Below are positions 62,951 to 64,000 of a stretch of 64,000 nucleotides of DNA, one piece after another. Within the stretch, counting starts at the first letter, position 1. Each line of letters opens with the position of its first letter. Origin of the DNA: a virus (taxonomy: Duplodnaviria; Heunggongvirae; Uroviricota; Caudoviricetes); IMG/VR virus record IMGVR_UViG_2974696732_000001; one strand, 5' to 3'. The position numbers and the translations under genes were made by a program. Under the pieces are notes generated by a model, which was given only the letters and a program-made list of their open reading frames with translations, did no database searches and was not told the origin of the DNA.

Positions 62951-63187
62951 ATGAGATATACAATCGTAAAGGAACCCCTCAAACGGGGACGGATTGTGGA
63001 GGGCTACAACTGGGCAATTACTGATACCAAAGTAAACAAGGTTGTAGTCCGCTACGGCAATGAATTCAAGGCTGAGTTCGTCAAGGACTCCTTCAATGAA
63101 GCAAACGTAAGCAGCAGATTCGAATTTGAAATCCCTGGCGACGAGACCATTGAAGACCTCGATGAGTCAGCATTCAAAGGGGAGTAA
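62951..63187 (+). CDS. hypothetical protein
   Basis: 78-aa ORF. Confidence 0.4.
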   Translation: MRYTIVKEPLKRGRIVEGYNWAITDTKVNKVVVRYGNEFKAEFVKDSFNEANVSSRFEFEIPGDETIEDLDESAFKGE

Positions 63188-63466
63188 GTGCTAGAGAAAT
63201 GGGCGTGGTGGATTCTCGCCCGGCAGATGGAGAAGCATCGTAAAGCCAAGAGACACCACTGTGCAGACCACATTAGAGCAGCGCTAGCAACAAGGCCACA
63301 AAAGCAATGTGCCCTCTGCTGTATCCTTGAGAATACAGACTGGCTAGCATGGGCGACACGGTTCGACCCAACGTCCGATATGGACAAGGATAGTGAGCTA
63401 TATGCAGGTGTTATTGAAGATGAATCCCGGTTTGGAGATGTGGTTCGGAGAACCGGTCTGGACTGA
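63188..63466 (+). CDS. hypothetical protein
   Basis: 92-aa ORF. Confidence 0.4.
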   Translation: MLEKWAWWILARQMEKHRKAKRHHCADHIRAALATRPQKQCALCCILENTDWLAWATRFDPTSDMDKDSELYAGVIEDESRFGDVVRRTGLD

Positions 63467-63549
63467 CGAAGACTGGGAAGAGTGGGAAGACGATGAGGAC
63501 TGGCCAGATGACGGCTGGTCCTTTTCGTTTTTGGTAGGTGGTATCTGGA

Positions 63550-63650
63550 GTTCGGATTTTTTAGTCGCAATTGCCTAGGCCGATTTTTTTAGTCAGCAGA
63601 TGGTTGTCTGACTTTTTAGTCGGCAGAGCCGACTGCCAGCGCAGCGAAAA
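63550..63650. repeat. three direct repeats of T5-7-AGTC(R)GCA with a period of about 28 nt, each followed by a short palindrome
   Basis: TTTTTTAGTCGCAATTGC, TTTTTTTAGTCAGCAGATGGTTGTCTGAC and TTTTTAGTCGGCAGAGCCGACTGCC. Confidence 0.5.
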
Positions 63651-63908
63651 AGGCCCGGCAGTAATAAGCCCATCATCCCCATATACATTAACCACTACTA
63701 CCATATACACCTACTACATATACCCAATAGACAGAAGGGCATGTAGCCTATGTCTTGAGCATAGCAAGCAAGGAGTATCCATTGAGGATGAGATGCAGTG
63801 AAGGTGGTGGTGCAATCCGTCTTGCATATCGTAAGACAGAGGCTTATCAGCCTGTCAGACATGTCCTTGAGTGTGCTCATGCAGGAAAGTTATTGTCTAC
63901 TGCGTAGA

Positions 63909-63939
63909 CTATCCACATGTTGATGTTGCCTGTGGATAA
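63909..63939. repeat. inverted pair of DnaA-box-like 9-mers (CTATCCACA ... TGTGGATAA) with a 13-nt spacer
   Basis: The second 9-mer is the exact reverse complement of the TTATCCACA consensus. A TTGTGCACAA palindrome lies at 63964-63973. Confidence 0.4.
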
Positions 63940-64000
63940 CTATTGTGTATAAAGCATATTAGGTTGTGCACAATATAGTAGTGCATGATAGGTGTGTAAT

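Noticed and set aside
1-64000. CRISPR arrays, integrase/attP, or transposase signatures
   Set aside because: No spaced direct-repeat arrays and no recombinase motifs were found. The repeated units are the T-arm elements and promoters described above.

Overview
This window looks like one large stretch of a tailed dsDNA bacteriophage genome, and the host is probably an actinobacterium. The host call rests on a WhiB-like regulator (Cys4 plus a GVWGG motif), an NlpC/P60 endolysin-like protein and lipobox lipoproteins. All credible genes are on the + strand. Minus-strand ORFs in the track overlap + strand genes or tRNAs and I treat them as spurious. The ordinary phage content is a 5'-truncated DnaE-like pol III alpha, MazG, a RecA-like recombinase, a Cas4-like nuclease, RuvC, an FkbM methyltransferase, TerS-like and TerL genes, three HNH endonucleases, an rIIA/rIIB-like pair, two metallophosphoesterases, a cytidine deaminase, a thioredoxin, a NADAR protein and a GNAT. 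The unusual content is a dispersed tRNA array from about 12.9 to 58.2 kb with roughly 43 tRNA genes. By my hand-read anticodons these cover all 20 amino acids. The array is interleaved with small ORFs of about 50-60 aa, a tmRNA (39577-39842, tag ANSKFAFALAA) and at least 12 elements that carry a canonical T-arm hairpin but do not fold as complete tRNAs. The window also encodes a Ro60/Rsr-like TROVE+vWA protein, a T4 Rnl1-like RNA ligase, a T4 Pnk-like kinase/phosphatase and a DEDDh exonuclease directly upstream of the tmRNA. Together these suggest a phage RNA maintenance and repair module, with the T-arm elements as possible Y-RNA-like partners of Ro60. At least 14 strong copies of a sigma70-like promoter family (TTGACA-N17-TAGAGT) and many rho-independent terminators punctuate the array. 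All tRNA folds and anticodons were read by eye, so their boundaries are +/-3 nt and several anticodon calls are tentative. CDS coordinates follow the supplied ORF track, with starts refined where an RBS or an overlapping tRNA required it.
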